This document shows, piece after piece, positions 10,139 to 20,825 of a stretch of DNA of 64,000 bases. A program made the position numbers and the translations under genes. The first letter of the stretch is position 1. Each line of letters opens with the position of its first letter. Location: positions 54,443 to 118,442 of the forward strand of contig CABYQM010000004.1 of assembly GCA_902521075.1 (NCBI GenBank), given 5' to 3'. The stretch is from an uncultured Pelagibacteraceae bacterium (GTDB taxonomy: Bacteria; Pseudomonadota; Alphaproteobacteria; Pelagibacterales; Pelagibacteraceae). A model generated the notes under the pieces. That model made no database searches, was not told where the DNA came from, and saw nothing but the letters and a program-made list of their open reading frames with translations.

Positions 10139-10962
10139 TATATTTTGATATTAATTTTTTCAATTTCAGATACAGGACCTCTCATTTTTATATTTAATTC
10201 ATTATCAATTTGAATATTTAAAATTCCTGTTGAAAATTCTATTTTTGAATTACTATTTTGTAGTTGATTTAAATTAGCTGCTACTGCCGTTGCACATGCT
10301 GCAGTCCCGCAAGCTTTTGTTAAACCAGCGCCCCTCTCCCAAACTTTAATTTTGTAATGTTGTTCACTAATTTTTTGAGCTATCGTGACATTACATTTTT
10401 CAGGGAAAACTTCATGATTTTCTATTAATGGACCATACTTTTTTAAATTTATTTTTTCTATATCCTCGCAAAAATATATGACATGAGGGTTTCCAACATT
10501 CACTGCAATACCACCATTCATTTTATTTCCGTCAATATCAATCATACCAAGTGATAGATTTTTAGTATCAAGATCTTTACTTAAAGGAATTTTGTTCCAC
10601 TCTAAATTTGGAGTTCCAATTATTGTTTCAACATCTTTATTATTAAGGACCTTAGATTTTAATATTTTTGAGGAAACCGAAATTTCAATTTCTTTTTTAT
10701 TTTTTTCAATACTTAGTAAATAAGCAACGCATCTAGTTCCATTTCCACATGCATCTGAGCGGCTTCCATCCGAGTTAAAAAAAGCAACATCAGCATCAGC
10801 TTTTTGACTTTTTTTTATGTAGATCAACTGATCGCACCCTATGAAATCTCTGTCACAAATTTTTAAGATTTGGTCATTTGATAAGTTTAAATTATTTATT
10901 CTCTGATCAATAATAACAAAGTCGTTACCTAATCCATCCATTTTAAATGCTTCAAATTCCAT
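10138..10962 (-). CDS. dapF: Diaminopimelate epimerase
   Basis: KMDGLGNDF, CGNGTRC, VGNPH, WERGAGLTKACGT. Confidence 0.96.
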   Translation of the reverse strand: MEFEAFKMDGLGNDFVIIDQRINNLNLSNDQILKICDRDFIGCDQLIYIKKSQKADADVAFFNSDGSRSDACGNGTRCVAYLLSIEKNKKEIEISVSSKILKSKVLNNKDVETIIGTPNLEWNKIPLSKDLDTKNLSLGMIDIDGNKMNGGIAVNVGNPHVIYFCEDIEKINLKKYGPLIENHEVFPEKCNVTIAQKISEQHYKIKVWERGAGLTKACGTAACATAVAANLNQLQNSNSKIEFSTGILNIQIDNELNIKMRGPVSEIEKINIKI

Positions 10963-10985
10963 ATAAATAATACTTAACTTATTTA

Positions 10986-11013
10986 TTGACTTTTTGAACC
11001 TCTAATATAGTTT
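10986..11013 (+). promoter_or_regulatory. Putative sigma70 promoter of the ffh operon
   Basis: TTGACT (10986-10991), 16 nt, then TAGTTT (11008-11013), immediately before the structured leader. Confidence 0.5.
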
Positions 11014-11014
11014 A

Positions 11015-11121
11015 CGCGCACTTCCGCAAAATACAGCAATTTGCGGTGTCTTTGGAAACAAAGAGATCGACACCAGTCAGCGAGGGTTCGCCCACTGGTG
11101 CGATACTTGCTGTGCGAAATT
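11015..11121 (+). ncRNA. ffh leader structured RNA (alphaproteobacterial/Pelagibacter ffh motif)
   Basis: GC-rich stretch in an AT-rich genome with stems CCGCAAA/TTTGCGG, TCTTTG-GAAA-CAAAGA, and CACCAGT/ACTGGTG enclosing GGG-TTCG-CCC. Lies directly 5' of ffh. Confidence 0.75.
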
Positions 11122-12480
11122 ATGTTTGAAAATTTAACTAATAAATTTGAAGAAATTTTTTCTTCATTAAAAAAAGCTCCTTCTCTTGATGAAAAGCAAG
11201 TTGATGAGGGTTTAAAAGGTATAAGGTTGGCCTTATTAGAAGCCGATGTTTCTTTAGATGTAGTTAAGGAGTTTATTAGTAGAGTTAAGCCTAAAGCGCT
11301 AGGTCAAGAAATTATAAGATCAACTTCTCCCGGGGATATGGTTGTAAAAATCGTTTATGACGAAATAGTATCTTTTTTAGGTGATAAGAATTCTGAAATC
11401 TCCCTTAATGCTGTCCCTCCAGTTCCAATCATGTTAGTTGGGTTGCAAGGTTCAGGAAAAACTACAACAACCTCAAAATTAGCGAAATTTTTAGAAAAAA
11501 ATAACAAGAAAAAAGTTATGATGGCTAGTTTGGACGTTTACAGACCTGCCGCGCAAGAGCAATTGAGACTTTTGGGTGAACAAAATAATATTGAAACTTT
11601 GCCAATTATAGAAGGCCAGCTTCCTGCTGATATTTGTAGAAGAGCTTTAAGTGCTGCAAATTTAAATGGTTGTGAAGTAGTTTTATTTGATACTGCTGGA
11701 AGAACGCAAATAGATTTTCAAATGATGAATGAAATCAAACAAATTGAAACTATTATTAATCCTGCAGAAACTATACTGGTAGCAGATTCTCTAACAGGTC
11801 AAGTTGCTGCTAATGTAGCAAAGGAATTTAAAAATACAGTAAATTTGAGCGGCATTATACTTACAAGAGCAGATGGAGATGGAAGAGGTGGAGCTGCATT
11901 AAGTATGAAATATGTTGCTGAGGTCCCCATAAAGTTTCTTGGTGTTGGAGAAAAAATTGAGAATTTTGAAGTTTTCCATCCTGATCGAATTGCAAATAGA
12001 ATTTTGGGAATGGGAGATATCGTTTCCTTAGTTGAAAAAGCTTCAGAAGATTTAGATCAAGAAAATTTAAAGAAAACAGAAGAGAAACTTAAAAAAGGTC
12101 AATTCTCGATGGAAGATTATCTTTCTCAATTACGTCAAATGAAAAAGATGGGTGGAATTGAAGGCATAATGTCATTTCTCCCTGGAGTTTCAAAAATTAA
12201 ATCACAAATGGACCAATCAGGAATAGATGAAAAAATTATAACTCAAAATGAAGCTGTTATTTTATCAATGACAAAGCAAGAAAGAGAAAATCCTAAAATT
12301 ATAAATGGATCAAGAAAAAAAAGAATTGCTAATGGCTCAGGTACAGACATTGCCACTATCAATAAGTTGTTAAAACAATTTAAGATGATGTCAGAAATGA
12401 TGAAAAAAATGTCTAAAGGAAACATGAAAGGAATGGCGGATAAAGGGATCCCGCCTGAACTATTTAATCAATTAAAATAA
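11122..12480 (+). CDS. ffh: Signal recognition particle protein Ffh (start re-assigned to ATG 11122, MFENLT)
   Basis: GLQGSGKTTT, DVYRPAA, DTAGR, Met-rich M domain with RIANGSG. Confidence 0.97.
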   Translation: MFENLTNKFEEIFSSLKKAPSLDEKQVDEGLKGIRLALLEADVSLDVVKEFISRVKPKALGQEIIRSTSPGDMVVKIVYDEIVSFLGDKNSEISLNAVPPVPIMLVGLQGSGKTTTTSKLAKFLEKNNKKKVMMASLDVYRPAAQEQLRLLGEQNNIETLPIIEGQLPADICRRALSAANLNGCEVVLFDTAGRTQIDFQMMNEIKQIETIINPAETILVADSLTGQVAANVAKEFKNTVNLSGIILTRADGDGRGGAALSMKYVAEVPIKFLGVGEKIENFEVFHPDRIANRILGMGDIVSLVEKASEDLDQENLKKTEEKLKKGQFSMEDYLSQLRQMKKMGGIEGIMSFLPGVSKIKSQMDQSGIDEKIITQNEAVILSMTKQERENPKIINGSRKKRIANGSGTDIATINKLLKQFKMMSEMMKKMSKGNMKGMADKGIPPELFNQLK

Positions 12481-12494
12481 AGGAGATATAAGTA

Positions 12495-12941
12495 ATGTTA
12501 AAAATGAGACTATCAATGGGAGGTACTAAAAAAAGGCCGGTGTATAAAATTGTTGTGGCTGATAGTAGATTTCCAAGAGACGGAAGGTTTATAGAAAAAT
12601 TAGGTTTTTATAATCCGTTATTACCAAAGGATAAAAAGGAAAGGATTGGCTTAGATTCTGAGCGAATTAAATATTGGTTAGGTCAAGGAGCTCAGCCAAC
12701 AACAAGAGTTGCAAGGTTATTGGGAGAAAACGATATAATGCCAATGCCTGAAAAAGGAAACAATCCTCAAAAAGCAATTCCTAAAAAAGATAGAAAAAAA
12801 GCTGACGAAGGTGGAGAAGCGAAACCAGAAGGAGATGCATCTAAACCAGCAGAAGCACCTAAGGAAGAAGCTAAACCAGCAGAAGCACCTAAGGAAGAAG
12901 CTAAGCCAGCAGAAGCACCTAAGGAAGAAGAAAAAAAATAA
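12495..12941 (+). CDS. rpsP: 30S ribosomal protein S16 with low-complexity C-terminal tail
   Basis: [29 protein letters not shown]; AGGAG SD upstream. Confidence 0.97.
   Translation: MLKMRLSMGGTKKRPVYKIVVADSRFPRDGRFIEKLGFYNPLLPKDKKERIGLDSERIKYWLGQGAQPTTRVARLLGENDIMPMPEKGNNPQKAIPKKDRKKADEGGEAKPEGDASKPAEAPKEEAKPAEAPKEEAKPAEAPKEEEKK
12841..12930 (+). repeat. 3 x 30-bp in-frame tandem repeat ([10 protein letters not shown]) in rpsP
   Basis: CTAAACCAGCAGAAGCACCTAAGGAAGAAG three times; the third copy has one synonymous A>G change at 12905. Confidence 0.95.
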
Positions 12942-13636
12942 TGTTAGAAGCTCGTATATTCACACTCTATCCAGATTTTTTTCCAGGTTATTTAGGTCAA
13001 GGTATTTTTGGTAAAGCACTATCAGAGAATAAATGGAAAATAGATACTGTGGATATAAGAGAGTATGCATTTGATAAACATAAAACTGTTGATGACACTC
13101 CCTATGGAGGAGGTGAAGGTATGTTAATGAAAGCAGATGTATTAGCAAAATCAATAGATATGAATGTTAAAGATGGCGAAAAGATTATTTATCTAAGTCC
13201 GAAGGGTAAGTTGTTCAATCATCAATTAGCAAAACAACTATCTCAAGAAAAAACAATAAATATAATTTGTGGACACTTTGAAGGAGTTGATGAAAGATTA
13301 TTAAAAACAAGAAATATTGAGGAAGTAAGTATAGGAGACTTTGTTTTATCTGGAGGTGAAGGAGCTTCATTTGTAATTCTTGATGCAATTTTAAGATTTA
13401 TTCCTGGTATTCTTGGCAATACAAATTCAGCTAAAGAAGAAAGTTTTGAAAACGGACTTTTAGAGTATCCTCAATTTACAAAACCTCAAATATGGGAGGA
13501 AAAAAGTGTTCCAGATGTGCTATTATCAGGCGATCACGCCAAAATTAAAGACTGGCGTTTATCTCAATCTGAGGCTATAACACGCGACCGAAGACCAGAT
13601 TTGTGGCAATTATATAAAAAGACTAAAGAGAATTAA
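12941..13636 (+). CDS. trmD: tRNA (guanine37-N1)-methyltransferase
   Basis: [39 protein letters not shown]. Confidence 0.97.
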   Translation: MLEARIFTLYPDFFPGYLGQGIFGKALSENKWKIDTVDIREYAFDKHKTVDDTPYGGGEGMLMKADVLAKSIDMNVKDGEKIIYLSPKGKLFNHQLAKQLSQEKTINIICGHFEGVDERLLKTRNIEEVSIGDFVLSGGEGASFVILDAILRFIPGILGNTNSAKEESFENGLLEYPQFTKPQIWEEKSVPDVLLSGDHAKIKDWRLSQSEAITRDRRPDLWQLYKKTKEN

Positions 13637-13637
13637 A

Positions 13638-14219
13638 ATGAAGACAATTGAAGAAATTAATCAATCTAAAGTAAAAAAAATTATTTCTGAGAGAAAGCAT
13701 CCAGAATTTTTCCCAGGGGACATTGTTAAAGTTGGAGTTAGAATAACTGAGGGAAAAAGAGATCGTATTCAATATTTTGAAGGTGTGTGTATTGCAAAAA
13801 AAAATAGAGATATCAATTCTTCTTTTACTGTAAGAAAAATTTCTTTTGGTGAGGGTGTGGAAAGAACATTTGCTTTATATAGTCCGATTGTAGATACAAT
13901 TAAAGTTGTAAGGTCAGGAAAAGTTAGAAGAGCCAAGTTATATTATTTGAGAGATAGAACAGGTAAATCTGCAAGAATTGCAGAAAAAATTAAAAAGAAA
14001 ATAGGTATAGATGTTGAAACTAAGATTCACGAAATAACAGAAGAAAATGTTATGCCTGATACAGAGCAAAAAACAGCAGATAGCCAACAAGATTCCAATA
14101 AAGATGCTCCAAAAGTAGAAGCAAAAAAACCAGAAGAAAAAAAAGAAACTAAAGAAGAAACCCCATCAGTGGAAAAAAAAACTGATGAAAAAAAAGAAAA
14201 TCCTGAAGTAAAAAAATAA
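13638..14219 (+). CDS. rplS: 50S ribosomal protein L19 with charged C-terminal tail
   Basis: [28 protein letters not shown]. Confidence 0.97.
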   Translation: MKTIEEINQSKVKKIISERKHPEFFPGDIVKVGVRITEGKRDRIQYFEGVCIAKKNRDINSSFTVRKISFGEGVERTFALYSPIVDTIKVVRSGKVRRAKLYYLRDRTGKSARIAEKIKKKIGIDVETKIHEITEENVMPDTEQKTADSQQDSNKDAPKVEAKKPEEKKETKEETPSVEKKTDEKKENPEVKK

Positions 14220-14228
14220 TTTTTTACA

Positions 14229-15632
14229 ATGCCTCAAACTATATACGATAAAATATGGAATGATCATCTTGTTCATCAACAAGAGGATGGGACTTCACTT
14301 TTATTTGTTGATAGACATTTAATTCATGAAGTTACTAGTCCACAAGCATTTGAAGGTTTAAGAAATTCTAATAGAAAAGTTAGACAACCTTCTTTAACTT
14401 TAGCAGTAGCAGATCATAATGTTCCAACAACGGATAGATCAGTGCCTATTACTGACGAAGATTCAAAAATACAAATTGAGACACTAGAAAAAAACTGTGC
14501 AGAATTTGGAATAAATCTTTTTGGAATGAACGATAAAAGACAAGGAATAGTTCATATTATTGGTCCAGAACAGGGATTTACACAACCAGGAACGATTATT
14601 GTTTGTGGTGATAGTCACACTGCTACGCACGGAGCATTTGGTGCATTAGCATTCGGAATTGGAACTTCGGAAGTGGAACATGTCTTGGCAACACAGACTT
14701 TAGTTCAAAAAAAATCAAAAAATTTTAGAATAAACGTTAATGGATCTCTTCCTGTTGGAGTAACATCTAAGGATGTAATATTACAAATAATCGGAAAAAT
14801 TGGTACAGCTGGTGGAACTGGTTATGTAATTGAATATGCTGGAAACTTAATTTCGAATTTAAGTGTCGAACAAAGAATGACTATTTGCAATATGACAATT
14901 GAAGGTGGAGCAAGGGCTGGACTTATAGAACCAGATGAAAAAGTTTTTAATTATTTAAAAGGTAAACCAATGTCTCCAAAGAATTCAAATTGGGACAAAG
15001 CATTAAAATATTGGAGTAAATTAAAGTCTGATAGTGATGCAGTATTTGACAAAGAAATCAGTCTTGAGGGCAAAGATATTAAACCAATGGTAACTTGGGG
15101 AACTTCACCTCAGGATGTAGTAGATATTGATGGAATTGTTCCCGATCCTGAAAATGAGCAAAACGAAGACAGAAAAAATTCTATTAACAGGTCATTAAAA
15201 TATATGGGTTTAAAGCCGAAAACTAAAATAAAAGATATTAGAATTGATAAAGTTTTTATTGGAAGTTGCACAAATGGAAGAATTGAAGATTTAAGAGAAG
15301 CTGCAAAAATATTAAAAGATAAAAAAATTGCTTCTCATGTAAATGCAATGATAGTTCCTGGTTCAGGATTAGTAAAACAACAAGCAGAGCAAGAAGGTTT
15401 AGATGTAATATTTAGAAATTCTGGATTTGAATGGCGTGAGCCAGGTTGCTCAATGTGTTTAGCTATGAATGCAGATAAGTTGAAGCCAGAAGAAAGATGT
15501 GCATCAACATCAAATAGAAATTTCGAAGGAAGACAAGGACGAGGTGGAAGAACTCATTTAGTTAGTCCAGCTATGGCAGCTGCAGCAGCCATAGCTGGAA
15601 ATTTAGATGATGTTAGAAAATACAATAGTTAA
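14229..15632 (+). CDS. leuC: 3-isopropylmalate dehydratase large subunit
   Basis: [40 protein letters not shown]. Confidence 0.97.
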   Translation: MPQTIYDKIWNDHLVHQQEDGTSLLFVDRHLIHEVTSPQAFEGLRNSNRKVRQPSLTLAVADHNVPTTDRSVPITDEDSKIQIETLEKNCAEFGINLFGMNDKRQGIVHIIGPEQGFTQPGTIIVCGDSHTATHGAFGALAFGIGTSEVEHVLATQTLVQKKSKNFRINVNGSLPVGVTSKDVILQIIGKIGTAGGTGYVIEYAGNLISNLSVEQRMTICNMTIEGGARAGLIEPDEKVFNYLKGKPMSPKNSNWDKALKYWSKLKSDSDAVFDKEISLEGKDIKPMVTWGTSPQDVVDIDGIVPDPENEQNEDRKNSINRSLKYMGLKPKTKIKDIRIDKVFIGSCTNGRIEDLREAAKILKDKKIASHVNAMIVPGSGLVKQQAEQEGLDVIFRNSGFEWREPGCSMCLAMNADKLKPEERCASTSNRNFEGRQGRGGRTHLVSPAMAAAAAIAGNLDDVRKYNS

Positions 15633-16238
15633 ATGAACAAATTCTCAACATTAAAAAGTATTCCTGCATATTTACCAATTGTAAATATCGATACAGATAT
15701 GATTATTCCAAAGCAATTTTTAAAAACAATAAAAAGAACAGGACTTGGAAAAAATTTATTTTATGAAATGAGATATGACGAAGAAGGTAAAGTAATAGAT
15801 GACTTTATCTTAAATAAATCTCCATATGATAATTCTAAGATTTTAATTGCAGGGAATAATTTTGGATGTGGATCATCTAGAGAACATGCGCCATGGGCAC
15901 TTTTAGACTTTGGTATCACTTGCGTTATAAGTACTAGTTACGCAGATATATTTTATAATAATTGTTTTAAAAATGGAATATTGCCTATTAAAGTTAATGA
16001 TGAACAGATAAAAGAACTTTCTGAATATTCTAAGAGACAAGAAGAAATTGCAATAAATTTACCAGATCAAAAAATAATTTTTGGGAATAAAGAAATCAAA
16101 TTTGAATTAGATGAATTTAAAAAAAAATGTTTAATTGAGGGACTAGATGATATTGCACTGTCTTTGGAAAAGTCTAATAAAATAATTTCATTTGAAGAAA
16201 AATTAAAATCCACAAAGCCTTGGATATTTAATGATTAA
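15633..16238 (+). CDS. leuD: 3-isopropylmalate dehydratase small subunit
   Basis: [28 protein letters not shown]. Confidence 0.97.
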   Translation: MNKFSTLKSIPAYLPIVNIDTDMIIPKQFLKTIKRTGLGKNLFYEMRYDEEGKVIDDFILNKSPYDNSKILIAGNNFGCGSSREHAPWALLDFGITCVISTSYADIFYNNCFKNGILPIKVNDEQIKELSEYSKRQEEIAINLPDQKIIFGNKEIKFELDEFKKKCLIEGLDDIALSLEKSNKIISFEEKLKSTKPWIFND

Positions 16239-17340
16239 AGTCAAAAAAAGAAAATTCTTATTATTACCAGGTGATGGTATTGGTCCCGAGGTTATTGGTG
16301 AAGTTAAAAAAATTATAACTTGGTTTAATGTAAATAAATCTCTTGATTTTGATATGGAAGAGGCCTTAGTTGGAGGAGCATCTTACGATAAGCACGGAAC
16401 ACCGATTACAGATGAAGTATTTTATAAATCATTAGAATGTGAAGCAGTCATTTTAGGAGCTGTGGGTGGACCAAAATATGATAATTTAGATTTTTCCAAA
16501 AGACCTGAGAGAGCTCTTCTTAAGCTAAGAAAAGAATTAAAATTATTTGCAAATTTGAGGCCTGCAATCTGTTTTAAACAATTAGTTGAGGCATCTACCC
16601 TAAAACCTGAAATCGTATCAGGTCTAGACATCATGATTGTTAGAGAATTGACAGGTGGCATTTATTTTGGTGAGCCGAGAGGCATTAAGCCAATTGATAA
16701 TGGTGAACGTAAAGGAATAAACACTCATACTTATACTTCATCAGAAATTAAAAGAGTTGCTAGAGTTGCATTCGATCTAGCAAAGAAGAGAAACAATAAA
16801 GTTACTTCCTGTGAAAAATCGAATGTTATGGAAGCAGGTCAATTATGGAAAGAGGAAGTTCAAAATCTTCACGATAAAGAATTTAAAGATGTTGAGTTAA
16901 ATCATATGCTTGCAGATAATTGTGCAATGCAACTTTTGAGAAATCCAAAGCAATTTGATGTAATTGTGACAGATAATTTGTTTGGTGATATTTTGTCAGA
17001 TGAAGCATCTATGCTGACGGGATCTTTAGGTTTATTACCTTCAGCTTCTTTGGGTGCAAAAAATAAAGATGGTGAAATGAGAGCAATGTATGAGCCTGTT
17101 CATGGATCTGCTCCAGATATTGCTAGAAAAGGAATTGCAAATCCAATTGCAACCATCTTGAGTTTTGCAATGGCCCTGAGGTACTCTCTTGACTTAGATA
17201 AAGAGGCTGATGACTTAGAAAAAGCAGTGCAAAATGTACTAGATGATGGGTTAAGAACTAGAGATATTATGTCAAAAGGAACAAAAGAAATTTCAACTTC
17301 TGGTATGGGAGATGCGATTATTGCATATTTGCAAAAATAA
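16231..17340 (+). CDS. leuB: 3-isopropylmalate dehydrogenase
   Basis: [40 protein letters not shown]. Confidence 0.97.
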   Translation: MIKVKKRKFLLLPGDGIGPEVIGEVKKIITWFNVNKSLDFDMEEALVGGASYDKHGTPITDEVFYKSLECEAVILGAVGGPKYDNLDFSKRPERALLKLRKELKLFANLRPAICFKQLVEASTLKPEIVSGLDIMIVRELTGGIYFGEPRGIKPIDNGERKGINTHTYTSSEIKRVARVAFDLAKKRNNKVTSCEKSNVMEAGQLWKEEVQNLHDKEFKDVELNHMLADNCAMQLLRNPKQFDVIVTDNLFGDILSDEASMLTGSLGLLPSASLGAKNKDGEMRAMYEPVHGSAPDIARKGIANPIATILSFAMALRYSLDLDKEADDLEKAVQNVLDDGLRTRDIMSKGTKEISTSGMGDAIIAYLQK

Positions 17341-17372
17341 AAAAATTAACTTAATTTGATACTATTAAATTT

Positions 17373-19133
17373 ATGACTGTTTATTCCGCACCTGTGAAAG
17401 ATATGATGTTCTTATTTGAACATCTAAAAGATAATAAAAATTATAACGAAATTGAAAAATATAAAGAAGTCACTTCTGATTTAGTAAAAGATATCTTAGA
17501 GGAAGCTGCAAAAATTAATGAAGAAATGCTTCTTCCTTTAGCAAAAGCTGGAGACGAAAATCCTTGTGTCTATGAAAATGGAGTAGTTAGAACCCCTCCA
17601 GGTTATAAAGAGGCATATTCAAAATTTATAGAAGATGGATGGGTATCTTTAACTTGTGATCCAAAATATGGTGGTCAAGGAATGCCAAAAACTGTAAGTG
17701 CTTTTTTTGATGAAATGCTTTCATCATCAAGTTTATCTTTTAAATTATATAGTGAATTAAGTATAGGTGCATACAATTGTATTTTGAGTCATGCAACTGA
17801 AGAAATCAAAAACACATATCTTCCTAAAATTGTTGAGGGTAAATGGAGTGGGACAATGTGTTTAACAGAGCCTCAATGTGGAACAGATTTAGGATTAATA
17901 AAAACAAAGGCAATTAAAAATGAAAATGGTACTTATAATATAAGTGGACAAAAAATCTTTATTACTTCAGGTGACCACGATTTAACTGAAAATATTATAC
18001 ACCTTGTTTTAGCAAGAACGCAGGACGCACCAAAAGGAACGAAGGGAATAAGTTTATTTTTAGTACCAAAATATGAAATTAATGATGATGGATCAATTGG
18101 TCCAAGAAACGGTGTCAATACTGTTTCAATAGAATCAAAAATGGGTATTAAAGGTTCACCCGCATGTGTATTAAGTTTTGATGATGCCAAAGGGTATATG
18201 ATCGGACCAGAGAACAAAGGCTTAAATTCTATGTTTACAATGATGAACTTAGAAAGAATCGTTGTCGGTATACAAGGATTAGGTTTATCTGAAACAGCTT
18301 ATCAAACTGCTTTAAGTTATTCTAAAGAGAGAAAACAAGGTAAATCAAATAATAATTCTAATGGAGAAACAGATTTAATTATTAAGCACGCAGATATTCG
18401 AAGAAGTTTATTAAATATGAAGTCTATAATTGAGGGAGAAAGATCCTTATCTTTTTGGATGGCTCAGCAGGTAGATGTAAGCTTAAGTCATAGTTCAGAG
18501 GAAGTAAAAAAAGATGCATCGGATATTGTAGGTCTTATGACCCCAGTAATTAAGTCATTTTTTACAGATATGGGTATGGAAATAACCAATGAAGCAATTC
18601 AGGTTTTTGGTGGCTATGGTTATACCAAAGACCAAGGGATAGAACAATTATTTAGAGATAATAGAATTACACCTATTTACGAAGGAACTAATTCTGTGCA
18701 GGCAATTGATTTTGTATTTAGAAAAATTAGTCAGAAAAAAGTTTTTGAAAATTTTATGAAATATGTAGATACAGAAATTCAAAATTGTTCAAAAGTAGAC
18801 AATTTAAATGAACATGTAAAAAAAATATCTGAATTAAAAAATATATTGTCAGATTTCACGGACTGGATATCTCCTAATGGCAATACGCCAAAAGACGATA
18901 TAAGCGCATCATGTAACGATTATTTAAGATTTTTTGGTTATTTTTGTCTTTCATTTATATGGCTAAAAACAATGAGAAAAAGCTATGAAAATTTGGAAAA
19001 CAATAAAGAGTTTTATGAAGATAAATTAAATACAGGAAATTATTATTTTGACAAAATTTTGCCTAGAGCTGAGAGCCATTATAAATCTGCTATTTCTGGT
19101 AGTAAATATACTATGAGCGCAAAATTTAACTGA
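17373..19133 (+). CDS. dmdC: Acyl-CoA dehydrogenase, likely 3-methylmercaptopropionyl-CoA dehydrogenase DmdC
   Basis: GTMCLTEPQCGTDLG, KIFITSGDHDL, IYEGTN. Adjacent to dmdB and dmdA. Confidence 0.82.
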   Translation: MTVYSAPVKDMMFLFEHLKDNKNYNEIEKYKEVTSDLVKDILEEAAKINEEMLLPLAKAGDENPCVYENGVVRTPPGYKEAYSKFIEDGWVSLTCDPKYGGQGMPKTVSAFFDEMLSSSSLSFKLYSELSIGAYNCILSHATEEIKNTYLPKIVEGKWSGTMCLTEPQCGTDLGLIKTKAIKNENGTYNISGQKIFITSGDHDLTENIIHLVLARTQDAPKGTKGISLFLVPKYEINDDGSIGPRNGVNTVSIESKMGIKGSPACVLSFDDAKGYMIGPENKGLNSMFTMMNLERIVVGIQGLGLSETAYQTALSYSKERKQGKSNNNSNGETDLIIKHADIRRSLLNMKSIIEGERSLSFWMAQQVDVSLSHSSEEVKKDASDIVGLMTPVIKSFFTDMGMEITNEAIQVFGGYGYTKDQGIEQLFRDNRITPIYEGTNSVQAIDFVFRKISQKKVFENFMKYVDTEIQNCSKVDNLNEHVKKISELKNILSDFTDWISPNGNTPKDDISASCNDYLRFFGYFCLSFIWLKTMRKSYENLENNKEFYEDKLNTGNYYFDKILPRAESHYKSAISGSKYTMSAKFN

Positions 19134-20761
19134 TGAATAAATATAATCAGAACTTAGATAAAAATCCTTCAAATTATGTCCCGTTAACACCGCTTAGCTT
19201 TCTAGAAAGAGCAAAAGACATTTATCCAAATTATGAGGCTTTAGTATATGAAACAAAATCTTTCACATGGACTGAAGTATTTAACAGGTGTACCAAATTT
19301 GCAAGTGCACTAGAGAAAATTGGTATTGTTGAAGGAGACACAGTTTCAGTTATGACCTTTAATACTCCAGAGATTTTTGAAGCACATTATTCTGTTCCTA
19401 TGACAGGAGCCGTTTTAAATACAATTAATTCAAGACTTGATGCAAAAACTGTTGCTTATATTTTAGAACACAGTGAAGCAAAAGTATTAATAATAGATAG
19501 ACAATTGCATGCAGTTGCAGAAAAGGCTTTATCAACTTTAAAAGAAAAACCAATCGTAATTGATGTTCAAGATGATTTTGCTGACCAATCCTTGTTAAAA
19601 AAAATTGGAGATAGAGAATATGAGGAATTTTTAAGCACTGGTGATGAAAATTATATTTGGAAAAAACCAAAGGATGAATGGCAAGCAATTTCTTTAAGTT
19701 ATACGTCTGGAACAACCGGAAATCCAAAAGGTGTTGTTTATCATCATAGAGGTTCTTATTTAATGTCAACAGGTAGTGCTGTTGCATGGAATATGCCAAA
19801 TAGATTAAATTTTTTAACAGTTGTACCAATGTTCCACTGTAATGGATGGGGGTACCCGTGGACAATACCAATGTTAAATGGAAAAACAGTTTGTTTAAGA
19901 GCTATTGATGTAAAAAAAATATTTGAATTAATTGAAAAGCACGACATTACCCATTTTGGAGGTGCACCTATTGTACTTAATATGATAACAGGTGCATCAC
20001 AAAATGATATCAAAGAATTAAAAAACAAAGTTTATGTTTTGACTGCTGGAGCACCACCTCCAAGTATTATTTTCAAAAAAATGAAAGCATTAGGATTTGA
20101 GGTAATGCATGTCTATGGTTTAACAGAAACATATGGACATGTTTTACAATGTGCTTGGAATGATGAATGGAATGGTTTTGAAGAAGACAAAATTAATGAA
20201 ATTAAAGCAAGACAAGGGGTGAGATTTCCAAACACAGAAGGAGTGGTTGTTTTAGATCCAGAAACTATGAAACCCGTGCCTATGGATGGAGAAACCATTG
20301 GCGAGATAATGATCAAAGGTAATGTTGTTATGAAAGGGTATTTTAAAGACAAAGAGGCCACTGAAAAGGCTATGAAAGATGGATGGTTTCACTCTGGTGA
20401 TTTGGCAGTTATTTATCCAGATGGATACATCAAGGTTAAAGATAGGTCGAAAGATATTATTATTTCAGGTGGAGAGAATATTTCTTCTATCGAAATCGAA
20501 AACACACTTTCTAAGCACCCAGCTGTTTCAATTGTTGCTGTAGTAGCAAAACCAGATGAGAAATGGGGAGAAGTTCCATGCGCATTTATAGAGAAAGTGG
20601 CAGATAAAGAGACAAATGAAAAAGAATTAATCGATTTTTGTAGAGAAACTCTAGCAGGTTTCAAAATTCCAAAAAAAATAGACTTCTGTGAACTTCCAAA
20701 AACATCAACAGGTAAAATCCAAAAATTTGAATTAAGAAAAAGAGCTAAGGAACTTACTTAG
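19133..20761 (+). CDS. dmdB: Acyl-CoA ligase, likely 3-methylmercaptopropionate-CoA ligase DmdB
   Basis: YTSGTTGNPKGV, PMFHCNGW, YGLTETYG, PKTSTGKIQK. Lies between dmdC and dmdA. Confidence 0.82.
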   Translation: MNKYNQNLDKNPSNYVPLTPLSFLERAKDIYPNYEALVYETKSFTWTEVFNRCTKFASALEKIGIVEGDTVSVMTFNTPEIFEAHYSVPMTGAVLNTINSRLDAKTVAYILEHSEAKVLIIDRQLHAVAEKALSTLKEKPIVIDVQDDFADQSLLKKIGDREYEEFLSTGDENYIWKKPKDEWQAISLSYTSGTTGNPKGVVYHHRGSYLMSTGSAVAWNMPNRLNFLTVVPMFHCNGWGYPWTIPMLNGKTVCLRAIDVKKIFELIEKHDITHFGGAPIVLNMITGASQNDIKELKNKVYVLTAGAPPPSIIFKKMKALGFEVMHVYGLTETYGHVLQCAWNDEWNGFEEDKINEIKARQGVRFPNTEGVVVLDPETMKPVPMDGETIGEIMIKGNVVMKGYFKDKEATEKAMKDGWFHSGDLAVIYPDGYIKVKDRSKDIIISGGENISSIEIENTLSKHPAVSIVAVVAKPDEKWGEVPCAFIEKVADKETNEKELIDFCRETLAGFKIPKKIDFCELPKTSTGKIQKFELRKRAKELT

Positions 20762-20825
20762 ATTTCTTTCAAATAAACAACTTACTTTCTTTACAAATAG
20801 ATAAAAAGATGACACTAAGCTAATA

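Noticed and set aside
11041-11121. 27-aa N-terminal extension of Ffh in the ORF track
   Set aside because: It overlaps the structured RNA leader; conserved Ffh begins at MFENLT (11122).
11015-11121. Leader as SRP 4.5S RNA or tRNA
   Set aside because: It lacks the helix-8 CAGG...GGAA...AGCA signature and has no cloverleaf or T-loop.
12811-13014. Alternative-frame ORF with repeated [10 protein letters not shown]
   Set aside because: A by-product of the rpsP tandem repeat read in another frame.
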